Source of the DNA: Armatimonadota bacterium
GTDB taxonomy: Bacteria > Armatimonadota > SYMT01
DNA length: 64,000 nucleotides
Assembly (NCBI GenBank): GCA_041690135.1
Contig: JAWLHY010000001.1
Span: 832,001 to 896,000 of the forward strand
Reading direction: 5' to 3'
The translations under genes were made by a program, and so were the position numbers. Of this stretch, positions 1-9,398 are shown piece after piece (the stretch's first letter is position 1; each line of letters opens with the position of its first letter). The notes beneath the pieces were generated by a model. That model had not been told where the DNA came from. It worked only from the letters and a program-made list of their open reading frames with translations, and made no database searches.

Positions 1-1044
1 ACCGGCCTCGCGTTCGTCTCCGCCACGCACGACATCGCCGCCGACGGCTTCTACCTGCTGGCGCTGGATAAGCAGACCCAGGCCTTCTTTGTCGGCGTGC
101 GCAGTACCTTCTACCGGCTCTCAGTCATGTTCGGCAGCGGAACCCTGATCTGGTTGGCCGGCAGCCTTGCGCTGCTGCATTCGCCGGAGGGAGAGGGCGC
201 GAGCAAAGTGCCCGGATGGCTCGCATCGCTGGACAGCGCGGCCGCGCCCCTGGTGGCGGACCCGACGCGGCGCTCCTGGGCGCTGGCCCTCGGTTTCGGA
301 GCCCTCGTTTATGGATTGCTCTTCGTGGTCAACAGCCTGCTGCTTCCGAAGCCGCCGACGGACAGCCCGGAGCACCGGCCCGCCCCGGGCGAGCAGGTGC
401 CGTGGAAAGAGGCGTTCGCGGCGTTCTTCCAGCAGCCGAAGATCTTCTGGATCCTCTCGTTCATCGTCTTCTACCGCTTCGGCGAATCGATGATCGGCAC
501 GATGTCCGGCCTCTTCCTCCGGGACACCGTGGACAAAGGCGGGCTGGGCGTTCCCACCGCCGTCATCGGCAGCATCACCGGCTACTACGGCGTGGCGGCC
601 CTCACCCTCGGCGGCATTCTGGGTGGTTTCGTCATCTCAAAGTACGGCATCAAGCGGTGCCTCTGGCCGATGGTCCTGTCGCTCAACGTCCCCAACCTCT
701 TCTACGTCTGGGCGGCCTTCGCGCACCCCGGCATCGAATCGGTGAAGTGGCTGATCGCGGTCGACCAGTTCGGTTACGGCTTCGGCTTCAGTGCCTACAT
801 GGTCTACCTGATGTTCATCTGCCAGGGCAGCCGCTATGAGACGAGCAGCTACGCCATCGCAACGGGCCTGATGGCGCTGGGCGCGCGCGGTGCGGGAATG
901 CTAAGCGGGTACCTGCAGACGAGCCTGGGCTACGCCAACTTCTTCATCGTGGTCTGCCTGCTCACCATCCCCGGCATGATCACCCTCTTCTTCATCCCGC
1001 TGGACAAGAAGGACGTCTTCACCGCACCCGTAGATCTGGACTGA
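1..1044 (+). CDS. AmpG-like MFS transporter (muropeptide permease family), 5' end outside window
   Basis: Frame 1 open from base 1: SATHDIAADGFY resembles the AmpG SATQDI..D motif; many TM segments; FYRFGES and YAIATG motifs. Confidence 0.8.
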   Translation, partial: TGLAFVSATHDIAADGFYLLALDKQTQAFFVGVRSTFYRLSVMFGSGTLIWLAGSLALLHSPEGEGASKVPGWLASLDSAAAPLVADPTRRSWALALGFGALVYGLLFVVNSLLLPKPPTDSPEHRPAPGEQVPWKEAFAAFFQQPKIFWILSFIVFYRFGESMIGTMSGLFLRDTVDKGGLGVPTAVIGSITGYYGVAALTLGGILGGFVISKYGIKRCLWPMVLSLNVPNLFYVWAAFAHPGIESVKWLIAVDQFGYGFGFSAYMVYLMFICQGSRYETSSYAIATGLMALGARGAGMLSGYLQTSLGYANFFIVVCLLTIPGMITLFFIPLDKKDVFTAPVDLD

Positions 1045-1059
1045 CGGATTGGAACGAGT

Positions 1060-1925
1060 CCACAGATGACGCAGCCCTACGGCCCGTATGGGATGGGAAA
1101 GATGGAAAGAGAAGCGGGGGAGGGCGAACCCATTTGATCTTTGCGATGATGGGTGGAGTTCTGTCGAATGAGACCCGGAGATATTGGGGTCCTGCAGAAA
1201 GCCATTGGGATAGCGCTTATTAGCAAGCCGTGCCGGTGAGAGCCCGATAGTCGGTTCTTTGCCGAGATATCTCTCGGACTCCGGGCAGGGTACAAGATGC
1301 TATCCTGCTTACCAATGCAAAGTTCTGGTGCGGAGGCCGGGCAAGGGACAAGCAGCCGTTTGTTTAACCAGAACGGGATCCTCGTCCATGCCCGGCGCAA
1401 GCGTCCGTAGGGAAGTCCCCGAGGTACCGGGGTTTTGCGCAAAACCCCTGGCATCTGCCCCGCCCCAAGCCGGTACCGGCTAAGTATCCCGAAGGCTAGC
1501 TCGCTGCCGAGGTATCCCTCGGACTCCGGGCAGGGTACGCGATGTTATCCGAGTTACCCGGATAGGTTCTGGCGCGTAAGGCAGGTAGGGGTCCAAGCGC
1601 TGTCCTCGTAACCAGTATTCGATATTGATCCATGCCCGGAGTCCCCGAGATATCGGGGGCCTGCGCAAAACCATTGGGATATCACACGCTCCCAATTCGG
1701 CAACCACACAGGATCCCTTGGTGGGGTCTCTGCCGAGATATCTCTCGGACTCCGGGCAGGGTGCAGCATGCCACCCTATATAGCAGGATTGGGTTCTGGT
1801 CCGTATGCCGAGTGGGGTGCAAGAAGCTATCCGGTTCATCAGGATTCGAGCCTAGGGTACGTGCCCGGCGCGAGGTCCATTTACCCGGCCCCCCAATCAT
1901 CCCCTTCAATCTGTGAAATCTGTGG
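1060..1925. repeat. Imperfect terminal inverted repeats bracketing the intergenic repeat array
   Basis: CCACAGATGACGCAG at 1060-1074 versus AATCTGTGAAATCTGTGG at 1908-1925 (reverse complement CCACAGATTTCACAGATT); purine-rich tract inside the left end, pyrimidine-rich tract inside the right end. Confidence 0.5.
1170..1875. repeat. BIME/REPIN-like tandem array of three ~226-245-bp units
   Basis: GCCGAG(A/G)TATC(T/C)CTCGGACTCCGGGCAGGGT at 1261, 1506, 1732; inverted copies TGCCCGG..GTCCCCGAG(A/G)TA(T/C)CGGGG at 1389-1432 and 1633-1658, degenerate at 1172-1189, partial at 1862; linkers homologous but diverged. Confidence 0.9.
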
Positions 1926-3198
1926 CTCCCCCGCGTTCCTCGGTCCGGACCGCCAGGGCTTTGTCGATCCGTTCCTGCAGCGGGGGGTGGCTGAACATCC
2001 AGTACTTGATGAACGGGGGCGGCGAGGGGTGGCTGAGGTTCATCTCGCTGAGCTTGATAAACGCCGACGCCGCGGCCCGGCCGTCGCCGGTCAGGCGCAG
2101 CCCGAAGGTGTCGGCGCGGGACTCGATGGTCCGGGAGATAGCCGCCTCCACCGGGCTGCCGAAGAAGTTGATCAACATCAGGATCAACATCAGCACCGGC
2201 AGTGAGGCCAGGTCCTGCAGATCCCGCACCTGCCAGCGGTCGCCCTGGCGGCGGATCAGGACTCGCGCCACGCGGTCGGTGAACCAGAGCACGAAGAGGC
2301 TGCCCGCGATGCTGAAGGCCACCCCGATGGGGACGTGCCTCTCCACGTAGTGGCCCATTTCGTGCGCCATGATGAAGGCGACCTCATCATCGTCCAGCTT
2401 GTTCAGCAGGTTGTCCCACAGCACGATCCGGGCTGAGCCGCCCAGGCCGGTCACGTAGGCGTTGATCGCCTTAGTGCGCTGGCTGGCATCTACCTCGAAA
2501 ACACGACTTCGCTCGATGCCCGCCTCGCTCGCCAGTTCCAGAATCCGTTGTTTCAAGGGGCTGTCCGGGAGGGGCCGGAAGCGGTTGAAGAGCGGATCCA
2601 CCACGAGCGGCGCCACCACCACGGAGAAGATGATCAGCGGGATGGAGGCGAGCCAGAAGCCGAACCACCAGGTGGCCGGTTTGCGGCGCAGCGTCCAGTA
2701 GAGCAGCGCCACCACGGGCGAGGTGAGGAGTAGGCTAAGGCCGGTGCTCTTGGCCTGGTCCAGCAGCCATCCTTCCAGCTTTTGGTTTGAGAGCCCGTAC
2801 TGATGCGGCAGGAAGAAGCTGGAATAGAAGCTGAGGGGCAGCGTCAGCAGTCCGTAGGCCAGCATCAGGAGCGGGACGTAGATAAAAGCCTGGACCAATC
2901 CATGCCGCCCCTTACGCTCCGCCAGGTCCCGGAGGCGCGCGCTGACGCCGCCGCGCAGGATTACGAGCAGGGCCAGGGCATGGACCAGTGTGCCGGCGAA
3001 GTAGAGGGCGTAGCGGGTCCGGGAGTAGCGGACCATCTCCGGCGTGACGCGGACTGTCAATTCCCCGTTCTTGCCCTCCTCCTGCACGGTGGGCTGGAGC
3101 GCTTCCGGCTGCGCCGCCGCACTCTTTGGAAGCAGCGCGGCCGCAAACGCCAGGCCAAAGATCGCCCCCACCGCAATTCCGTAAAGCAGCTTTCGCAT
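1906..3198 (-). CDS. M48 family membrane zinc metalloprotease (Ste24/CAAX protease-like)
   Basis: AHEMGH zinc motif, NAYVTGLG, ESRADTFG, SHPP; TM helices; ATG 3198 with GAGGAG RBS. Confidence 0.9.
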   Translation of the reverse strand: MRKLLYGIAVGAIFGLAFAAALLPKSAAAQPEALQPTVQEEGKNGELTVRVTPEMVRYSRTRYALYFAGTLVHALALLVILRGGVSARLRDLAERKGRHGLVQAFIYVPLLMLAYGLLTLPLSFYSSFFLPHQYGLSNQKLEGWLLDQAKSTGLSLLLTSPVVALLYWTLRRKPATWWFGFWLASIPLIIFSVVVAPLVVDPLFNRFRPLPDSPLKQRILELASEAGIERSRVFEVDASQRTKAINAYVTGLGGSARIVLWDNLLNKLDDDEVAFIMAHEMGHYVERHVPIGVAFSIAGSLFVLWFTDRVARVLIRRQGDRWQVRDLQDLASLPVLMLILMLINFFGSPVEAAISRTIESRADTFGLRLTGDGRAAASAFIKLSEMNLSHPSPPPFIKYWMFSHPPLQERIDKALAVRTEERGGATDFTD

Positions 3199-3268
3199 CC
3201 AGACCCTGCTCCTCAACTTGTCTCCGCGCAATCCGCGTTACCTGGTACGTAGAGGGCCGCGTTTCGCG

Positions 3269-3590
3269 CAGGGCTCAACCTCTCCGTTCCGGTACCGCAC
3301 CGTCCCCGCCCAGGGCTGAACTCCTGGGCTCTGGTACTGCACCGTCCCCGCACCCCCTCGGGGCGTAAACCTTCGCGGGCACGTATCACGCGCATGCCTG
3401 GCTCAACTATCCAGACGCTGGGCCACGCCCATCTGCCTAACCCAGGAACCCCAACCGCCGCCCTGTGCCTCCACCGGGCGCCTGCGTAGGTTTACGCCCG
3501 GGTACCCGCGCGCGGGTGTGGGGTGCAGGGGCCGTGCTTTTCCAGAGCCCGGCCGTTCAGGACCGGGGCGGACGGTGCACCGGTGCGGAT
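3269..3590. repeat. Composite palindromic intergenic element (two 42-bp tandem units plus long imperfect inverted arm)
   Basis: Units 3269-3310 and 3311-3352 share CAGGGCT.AAC and GGTAC.GCACCGTCCCCGC; GGGCGTAAACCT (3361) / AGGTTTACGCCC (3488); GGGCTCTGG (3326) / CCAGAGCCC (3542). Confidence 0.7.
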
Positions 3591-3596
3591 TCACCC

Positions 3597-4109
3597 TCAC
3601 CTCGGACCCGCCCCCACGACCAGGATCTCCTCGACTACCGCCCCCGAACCCACCAACTCCTCCCAGGAGTCCGTACCGCCCGTCTTACCGGCGGGAAACT
3701 CGAAACAGAAACTCCGGCCGGGTGCTTTCGCGAACAGGGCGCATACGTTCCCCTCTCCCGTAGCCACTGTTCCGCGACCGTAGAGCTCCCCCAGGCGACG
3801 CGCGGTGTCGCCGACGCGCGCGTCCTCCGGGGTGGCCAGGGTGTCCGATACGACCCGGATCCTCCAGACCCGCTCGTTCTGGAGTTCCGCCAGGAGCAGG
3901 TCCGTTCCCTGGTGACCCACAACGAGGGTTGGGGCGGGCATCCCCTCTAACTGGCGCTCTTCCCGGTTGACCTCCAGCTCCGGCTGCCGGACCTCCTCCG
4001 GAGTCATCCCCAGGCGCACCGGCCCCGCCGAGTCCGCGGTGATAAGCCGGCTGGAAAGAGCGTGAGGCTCCGGCCGGGTAACCGGCGCGGAGTCCGAGGC
4101 GTTGTTCAC
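3597..4109 (-). CDS. Hypothetical protein
   Basis: 170-aa ORF with globular composition (ITADSAGPVRLGMT...RVGDT) filling the gap between two genes; start uncertain. Confidence 0.6.
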   Translation of the reverse strand: MNNASDSAPVTRPEPHALSSRLITADSAGPVRLGMTPEEVRQPELEVNREERQLEGMPAPTLVVGHQGTDLLLAELQNERVWRIRVVSDTLATPEDARVGDTARRLGELYGRGTVATGEGNVCALFAKAPGRSFCFEFPAGKTGGTDSWEELVGSGAVVEEILVVGAGPR

Positions 4110-4176
4110 GCTCGGGGCACTATTGCATCCCAGCAGAGATGCGACCCCGAGCGTGACGAGCCAACTTGGTGCTTTC

Positions 4177-5220
4177 CTAGAAGTCGAACTGATCGATATT
4201 CTCCTTGGTGAACTTCATCGGCTCACCCAGTTGCACGACCTGCCCCTCGACTTTCTTTTCCCCAAGATCGCCGGCCTTGAACGTGGTATCGCCGGGCTTC
4301 AGCTCGCCCCGGGCCACGGCGCGGGCCACCTGCACCGTCAGGTAGCCCAGATCGACCGGATTCCAGAGGATGACCGTCTTCACCACGCCCCGGTCGACGA
4401 ACTCCTTCATCACCTTAGGCGTGCCCAATCCGACCACCGCCACCTGGCCCGTCTTGCCGGCCTGCTCGACCGCCTGGGCCGCGCCAGGAAGCGCGACGGA
4501 GGTCATGCCCCAGATCCCCTTCACGTCCGGGTTGGCTTTGAGGATCGCCTGGGCCTTCTCGAACGAGACCTTCTGGTTCTCACCCGCGTATTCCGTGGCG
4601 ACCACGGTCATCTTCGGGTACTTCTCTTGCCGATAGGCGTCCATCTCCTTCAGCCACGCGGACTGGTTCGGAGCAGTCGAGGAAGAGCTGACCACGGCCA
4701 CCTTCGCCTCGGGACCCGCCTGCGCGGCCATCTCGTCCACCAGAGCGACCGCAATGTCGTGGCCGCCGACCTGGTTGATGAAGAACTGCCGCTTCGACCG
4801 CTCCGCGTTTGCGTCCGCGTCGTAGGTGATCACGTTCACGCCCGCATCGCGAGCGCGGCTGAGGGAGGTGGAGATCTGCTCGGGGTCATTACAGGCCACC
4901 GCCACTGCGTCGAATTTCTGGAGCGCCCAGGCGTCGACCATCTGGCTCTGGTCTTCACTCTTGTCCTGGATGGGACCGTCGTAGACCAGTTCCACGTCGC
5001 CCAACTGCTGGGCGGCCTTCTTCGCGCCTTCCTCGCAGGCATTGAAGTACGGGATGCCCTTCTGCTTGGGCATCACGGCGATCCGGAGCGTTCCGCCGCT
5101 GCTTCCCGCCCCCGCCGTGGAAGTGGCCTGGGGGGTGCCGGAAGTACTGGAAGAAGGGGTGGTGCACCCGGCCAACACCGCGAGCAGGCCGGCTGTACAG
5201 AGGGCAGAAGTAACGCGCAT
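4177..5220 (-). CDS. Sugar ABC transporter substrate-binding lipoprotein (rhamnose RhaS/LsrB-like)
   Basis: Lipobox LAGC; MPKQKGIPYF, ITYDADA, LWNPVDLGY, FTKENID motifs of periplasmic binding protein type I. Confidence 0.85.
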   Translation of the reverse strand: MRVTSALCTAGLLAVLAGCTTPSSSTSGTPQATSTAGAGSSGGTLRIAVMPKQKGIPYFNACEEGAKKAAQQLGDVELVYDGPIQDKSEDQSQMVDAWALQKFDAVAVACNDPEQISTSLSRARDAGVNVITYDADANAERSKRQFFINQVGGHDIAVALVDEMAAQAGPEAKVAVVSSSSTAPNQSAWLKEMDAYRQEKYPKMTVVATEYAGENQKVSFEKAQAILKANPDVKGIWGMTSVALPGAAQAVEQAGKTGQVAVVGLGTPKVMKEFVDRGVVKTVILWNPVDLGYLTVQVARAVARGELKPGDTTFKAGDLGEKKVEGQVVQLGEPMKFTKENIDQFDF

Positions 5221-5319
5221 TCACTATCTCCACGCGGACGAGGTCCGCATTCATCGGCGGCCGGGCTCCCCTTCACTGGAGAGGCGGCCTTCATCTATCG
5301 TCGGCTAACGCTTGAGGTC

Positions 5320-5349
5320 TTGAGTTCCGACTGCGGAATACGGTATAGT
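5320..5349 (+). promoter_or_regulatory. Putative sigma70-type promoter for the small basic ORF
   Basis: TTGAGT-N18-TATAGT. Confidence 0.4.
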
Positions 5350-5497
5350 TGTCCGGTTCGCCGGTGCTTTCGCCCTCCTTTGCGGCACATCTCTTTTTAC
5401 GAGCGTCCGGCGCTGCAGGTTTTTTGCCCGTGTTCGAGGGGATGTTCGGCCCCGGCCGCCCCCAGGTAACCGGCCGTTCCGGGATGGAGAAAATCCG

Positions 5498-5650
5498 ATG
5501 GCATCGCGACGCACCGTAATGATCCACGACAAGAAGCGCAACTCGACCGCCCGCAAGCGCACCCACCGGGAGCGGATCGAGCGCGCCCAGGAGCAGGCCA
5601 AGCTGCTGGCGAAGCTGACCGCCCAGGCCCGCGCCGAAGCTAAAGCCTAG
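5498..5650 (+). CDS. Small basic protein, 50 aa (not in ORF track)
   Basis: MASRRTVMIHDKKRNSTARKRTHRERIERAQEQAKLLAKLTAQARAEAKA; GGAGA RBS; strongly G/C-ending codons. Confidence 0.7.
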   Translation: MASRRTVMIHDKKRNSTARKRTHRERIERAQEQAKLLAKLTAQARAEAKA

Positions 5651-5740
5651 TCGCAGCGGTCCACACTGCGGCCGATTTGGCGTTTCTATGATTTATGGGA
5701 CGGGTCTATCTGACCGGTCCCATATTTGCTTAGGCTCCTC

Positions 5741-6226
5741 ATGCAATCTCCACGCCTCTCCGGCTTCGTTTTTGCCGCGCTCCTGGCGGGTTCCGTTTTG
5801 AACCTGGCAGCCGGAGTGCGCCGCCCGGTCGTGGAGCGCGCCATTCTGGCGGGCAACCACTACGCGGCGGCGGACCGTGCAGCGGCCAGCGTGGAGAAGC
5901 TTCTTCCCCCCGGGGCGCCGCTCGCCCTGGTCGTCTATGACGACGATCTCCTGGGCGAGCTGGACTGCGCCATCTGGGCCGACTACCGATTCAAATGGCT
6001 GCTCTATCCGCGGAAGTTCGAGGTCTATCGCCGCACTGCGGGAGACGCACTCCAGCCGGATGCGCGCTACGTCGAAACAAGCGGGTTATCACCACGGCCG
6101 CCGGCCGCCGGCTCCTATTTGCTCTTCTTCCGCGTTACCGCCCCGCCGGAGTTGCTCGCGCGGCCTCTGGAGCTCGTGGCAACCGGCGAGAACTGGACCC
6201 TGGCCCGCCTGACCGGTGAGGATTGA
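5741..6226 (+). CDS. Hypothetical membrane-anchored protein
   Basis: N-terminal hydrophobic helix; YRFKWLLYP segment; 6 bp upstream of the next membrane gene. Confidence 0.6.
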   Translation: MQSPRLSGFVFAALLAGSVLNLAAGVRRPVVERAILAGNHYAAADRAAASVEKLLPPGAPLALVVYDDDLLGELDCAIWADYRFKWLLYPRKFEVYRRTAGDALQPDARYVETSGLSPRPPAAGSYLLFFRVTAPPELLARPLELVATGENWTLARLTGED

Positions 6227-6232
6227 ACCCAG

Positions 6233-7618
6233 GTGGAAGCTCTCCTCAAGCTGCTGGTACTGATAGCCTGCGGCGTTCTCTACGTCGGTGCGGACCGGCG
6301 GCCCCGACCAGTCGGGCAGCTCCTGGCGCTGGGGCACCTCACGGGAGCGGCGGCGCTCGCCTTCGGCGTTACCCTCGGCCTGGCGGTGCTCGACCGGGTC
6401 GACGCGCGGTTTGCCATAGGGTCGCTCCTGGCGTTGGCCGCCGCGGGCCTGATTCGCCACGCGCGGTCCTCCTCCGCGGACAACACCGTCTCTGCTCCGG
6501 AGGGGGAACCCGCGGATGGAGCGGGACCGGGGCCTTCCGGCCGTTGGAACCCGCTCCTCGTCCTGCTGATCGGCGTCGGACTCCTGACCGCCGCCTCCCG
6601 GGTATTCCTGCTGCCGCTCGACTGGGACGGCTGGGCGATCTGGCAGCTCAAGGCGCGCGCGATGACGAGCGGTCAACTGAAAGAGCTGCTCACCGATCCC
6701 CGTTACCAGTACAGCCACCAGGAGTATCCCCTGCTGGTCCCTTCACACACCTGGTGGCTGTCCGGTTCGCACTTCTCGGCCCGTCTCGCGCAGGTGGGGG
6801 GACTGCTGTTCCTGCTCGACCTGTTCGCCCTGTTCTACTACGAGGCCCGCGCGCGCGTAGGAAGCACCTGGGCGCTGGCGGGTGGCGCTGCGCTGCTCTC
6901 CTGGGCGTTGATCCCCAAGCACACCGCTTCCGGCTTCTCCGACATCCCCATGGCGGCTTTTGCCTTTGGAGCGATGACGTTCCTGGTGCGCGGCGAACTG
7001 CGCCTGCTGGTACTGCTGTTGACGGGAGCCCTGTTGACCAAAAACGAAGGGCTCTTCACCCTGGGGGCCTGCCTGGTGGTGGCGGCACTCCCGTCCCGTT
7101 GGGTGGACGCTGCCGAGCCGCCGGAGCGCCGCGCACAGGGTCCGGGATCCGCCCGCCGTTTCTTTCCCCTGGGCGTGGTTCTCGCCACCGCGGCCGCGAC
7201 GCTTCTCCCCTGGGTCCTGGTGAAGCGCCGGTGGGAGATCCCCAGCGAGTTCCTCGATCCGCGGCGGTGGCCGCATCTCGACGCCGCGGAGATCGTCCGG
7301 CGGCTCTGGGTGGTGACGCAGGGCTTTGCAGGCCAGTTCGTCAGCGTGGGGCCATGGTATCCCGGTTGGGGGTTCACCTGGTTCCTGGCGCTGCTCGGCC
7401 TGGGGCTTTCCCTGCGGCACCGGCTCCGCACTACTCTCCCCTACTGGCTCCTCGTGGCCGCCCACTTCGCGGGCGCCACGCTGGCGTATCTCCTCACCCA
7501 CACCAGCCCCGCCCTGCACCTCTCGCGGTCTCTCGACCGGCTTATGCTCCACGTAGCTCCCGCCGCCCTCCTCGCAACCCTGGTGGCCGTAGTCGCTTCT
7601 GCGCAGCGCAAGTCGTGA
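6233..7618 (+). CDS. Polytopic membrane protein, probable GT-C fold glycosyltransferase
   Basis: WDGWAIWQLKA, YPLLVP, DIPMA and TKNEG motifs; more than 10 TM segments. Confidence 0.65.
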   Translation: MEALLKLLVLIACGVLYVGADRRPRPVGQLLALGHLTGAAALAFGVTLGLAVLDRVDARFAIGSLLALAAAGLIRHARSSSADNTVSAPEGEPADGAGPGPSGRWNPLLVLLIGVGLLTAASRVFLLPLDWDGWAIWQLKARAMTSGQLKELLTDPRYQYSHQEYPLLVPSHTWWLSGSHFSARLAQVGGLLFLLDLFALFYYEARARVGSTWALAGGAALLSWALIPKHTASGFSDIPMAAFAFGAMTFLVRGELRLLVLLLTGALLTKNEGLFTLGACLVVAALPSRWVDAAEPPERRAQGPGSARRFFPLGVVLATAAATLLPWVLVKRRWEIPSEFLDPRRWPHLDAAEIVRRLWVVTQGFAGQFVSVGPWYPGWGFTWFLALLGLGLSLRHRLRTTLPYWLLVAAHFAGATLAYLLTHTSPALHLSRSLDRLMLHVAPAALLATLVAVVASAQRKS

Positions 7619-7628
7619 AGCCGCCCTG

Positions 7629-9398
7629 TCAGAGCTCTTTCACGTACTGGATCACATCCTGGAGCTCGTCCGGCGTTAGCAGGTGGGCCTTTCCGTGCAG
7701 CTTCGTGGGGTTATGCTTCTGGAAGATCTCCTCGAGCGTCTTCGCCCGGCCGTCGTGCATGTACGGGTAGCTGTCGTACACCCCCGCCAGATGCGGCACG
7801 TCGAGCATCACCCCCTCCGGCGTGGTGCCCATCCAGGCCTTCCGTTGCGCTCCGGACTTGGGACCGTTGTGGCAGGTGATGCACTCCGCCTTGCCGGTGA
7901 AGAGTGTCTTGCCGCGGAGACCTGCTTCCGTGTGGGACCCGTCCGGATTGCGGTAGGGGTTCGGCGGTATCGGCAGCGCCTTCAGATAATTCACCACGGC
8001 GCGAAGTTGGGCGTCTTCAAGCCGGGGCGCTTGCAGCAAGCCCGTCACCTCTTCCTGGACGAAGTCTTCCAGGGTCTTGTCATGCCCGCTCCACCGGAAT
8101 GGCGCCGTGTCCGCGATGTTCCCGCGCAAGCTGCGGACGTTCCGGTTGATCTCCTTGCCCAGGCCGTCCGGCACGTGGACGAACTTCCAGGAGATCCCGT
8201 CGGTGTGACCGTCCGGATGGCAGGAGTTGCAGCTGAATTGGCCGCCTTTCACGATGGTCGCCGTGTTGAACAGGAAGCGTCCTTCCAGGTGCGGGTCTTT
8301 GCGGGACGTCGGCCCGAGATTGATCCTCCGCGTGACCTGGAGAGTTTCCGGATCGATCACGGCCAGGTCGTTGCCGAGGTGGTTGGCGACCCACACTTCC
8401 TTCCCATCGGGAGTAAAGGACAAGCCCTTCGGCATCGCACCCACCGCCCGGACGACCTTCGGCTCCCCGCTGCCGCTCCGCAGGCTCAGCACGTTGACGC
8501 TGTGCCCGCCGCTGCAGGTGATGAACGCGCGGCGCACCTGGGGATCGAACACCACCGTGTCCGGGTCGGCCACGTCCTTACCCAGGAAGTCCAGCCAGAT
8601 GTTTTCCGCGCCGTTCTGTCCCCCGTTGGGCACCTGGTGGAACGCCTGGTTCGACCAGATCCCGATCGCCGTTTCGGTCGGGCGCTCGTTCTGGGCCCGC
8701 TGGCCCACGGTGTAGACCAGCCGTCCGTTGGGGTAGACCGCCACGCCCCGCAGGTTCACGGCTGGGGTCGGCCCCTGGGCAACAGCCCGACGCGCCGCGG
8801 TATCGATGAAGGTCACCGAGCCCTGGGTCATGTTGGCCGTAACGAGCACTCGCCCGTCCGGGGTGAGCGAAAGCGCCCGGGGTCGGCGTCCCGTGGGGAT
8901 CTGGGCCGCTACGGTGCGCGAGGCGAGATCGAGCACCGCCACCTGGTCCAACTGGCTGATCGAGACGTAGGCGGCCTTGCCGTCGGGCGCCACCACCACG
9001 TCGTACGGCATCCCGCGCATCGGCACGAGTTGCACCTTTCGGGTGGACAGGTCGATCAAGGCGAGCGACTCGCTGAAGCTATTGGTCACCAGGGCGGTGG
9101 TTCCGTCCGGCGTTACGGCCACGCCCGTGGGCTGCATGCCGCCGGTGGGGATGTGGTGCAGCACCTTGCCGCTGGCCGTTTCGATCAGGGCGAGGGCCCC
9201 CTCGTCGAACTCGGTCACCACCGCGCGCGACCCATCCGGGGTAAAGGCGACCTCGAAGGGTCCGCGGTTGCCATCGAGCGCGGGCCGGACCTGAGCGGCG
9301 CTCGGCGGCTCCTGGGTGCGCGCGAGCCCGGCCATGGTGCAAACCAGCAGGGCGGATGACGAGGTGATGAGAGCGGAACGACGGAAACTCGATCTCAT
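7629..9398 (-). CDS. YVTN-type beta-propeller fused to a diheme cytochrome c peroxidase-like domain
   Basis: Signal peptide; repeated (F/V)TPDG blades; CNSCH and CITCH heme motifs; PYMHDG; start set at ATG 9398. Confidence 0.85.
   Translation of the reverse strand: MRSSFRRSALITSSSALLVCTMAGLARTQEPPSAAQVRPALDGNRGPFEVAFTPDGSRAVVTEFDEGALALIETASGKVLHHIPTGGMQPTGVAVTPDGTTALVTNSFSESLALIDLSTRKVQLVPMRGMPYDVVVAPDGKAAYVSISQLDQVAVLDLASRTVAAQIPTGRRPRALSLTPDGRVLVTANMTQGSVTFIDTAARRAVAQGPTPAVNLRGVAVYPNGRLVYTVGQRAQNERPTETAIGIWSNQAFHQVPNGGQNGAENIWLDFLGKDVADPDTVVFDPQVRRAFITCSGGHSVNVLSLRSGSGEPKVVRAVGAMPKGLSFTPDGKEVWVANHLGNDLAVIDPETLQVTRRINLGPTSRKDPHLEGRFLFNTATIVKGGQFSCNSCHPDGHTDGISWKFVHVPDGLGKEINRNVRSLRGNIADTAPFRWSGHDKTLEDFVQEEVTGLLQAPRLEDAQLRAVVNYLKALPIPPNPYRNPDGSHTEAGLRGKTLFTGKAECITCHNGPKSGAQRKAWMGTTPEGVMLDVPHLAGVYDSYPYMHDGRAKTLEEIFQKHNPTKLHGKAHLLTPDELQDVIQYVKEL

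Noticed and set aside
1170-1875. CRISPR array
   Set aside because: Repeats alternate in orientation, the period is about 230 bp, the intervening sequences are homologous to each other, and there is no cas operon
1077-1916. Short ORFs in the repeat array
   Set aside because: They are translations of the palindromic repeats, with no RBS or coding-like composition
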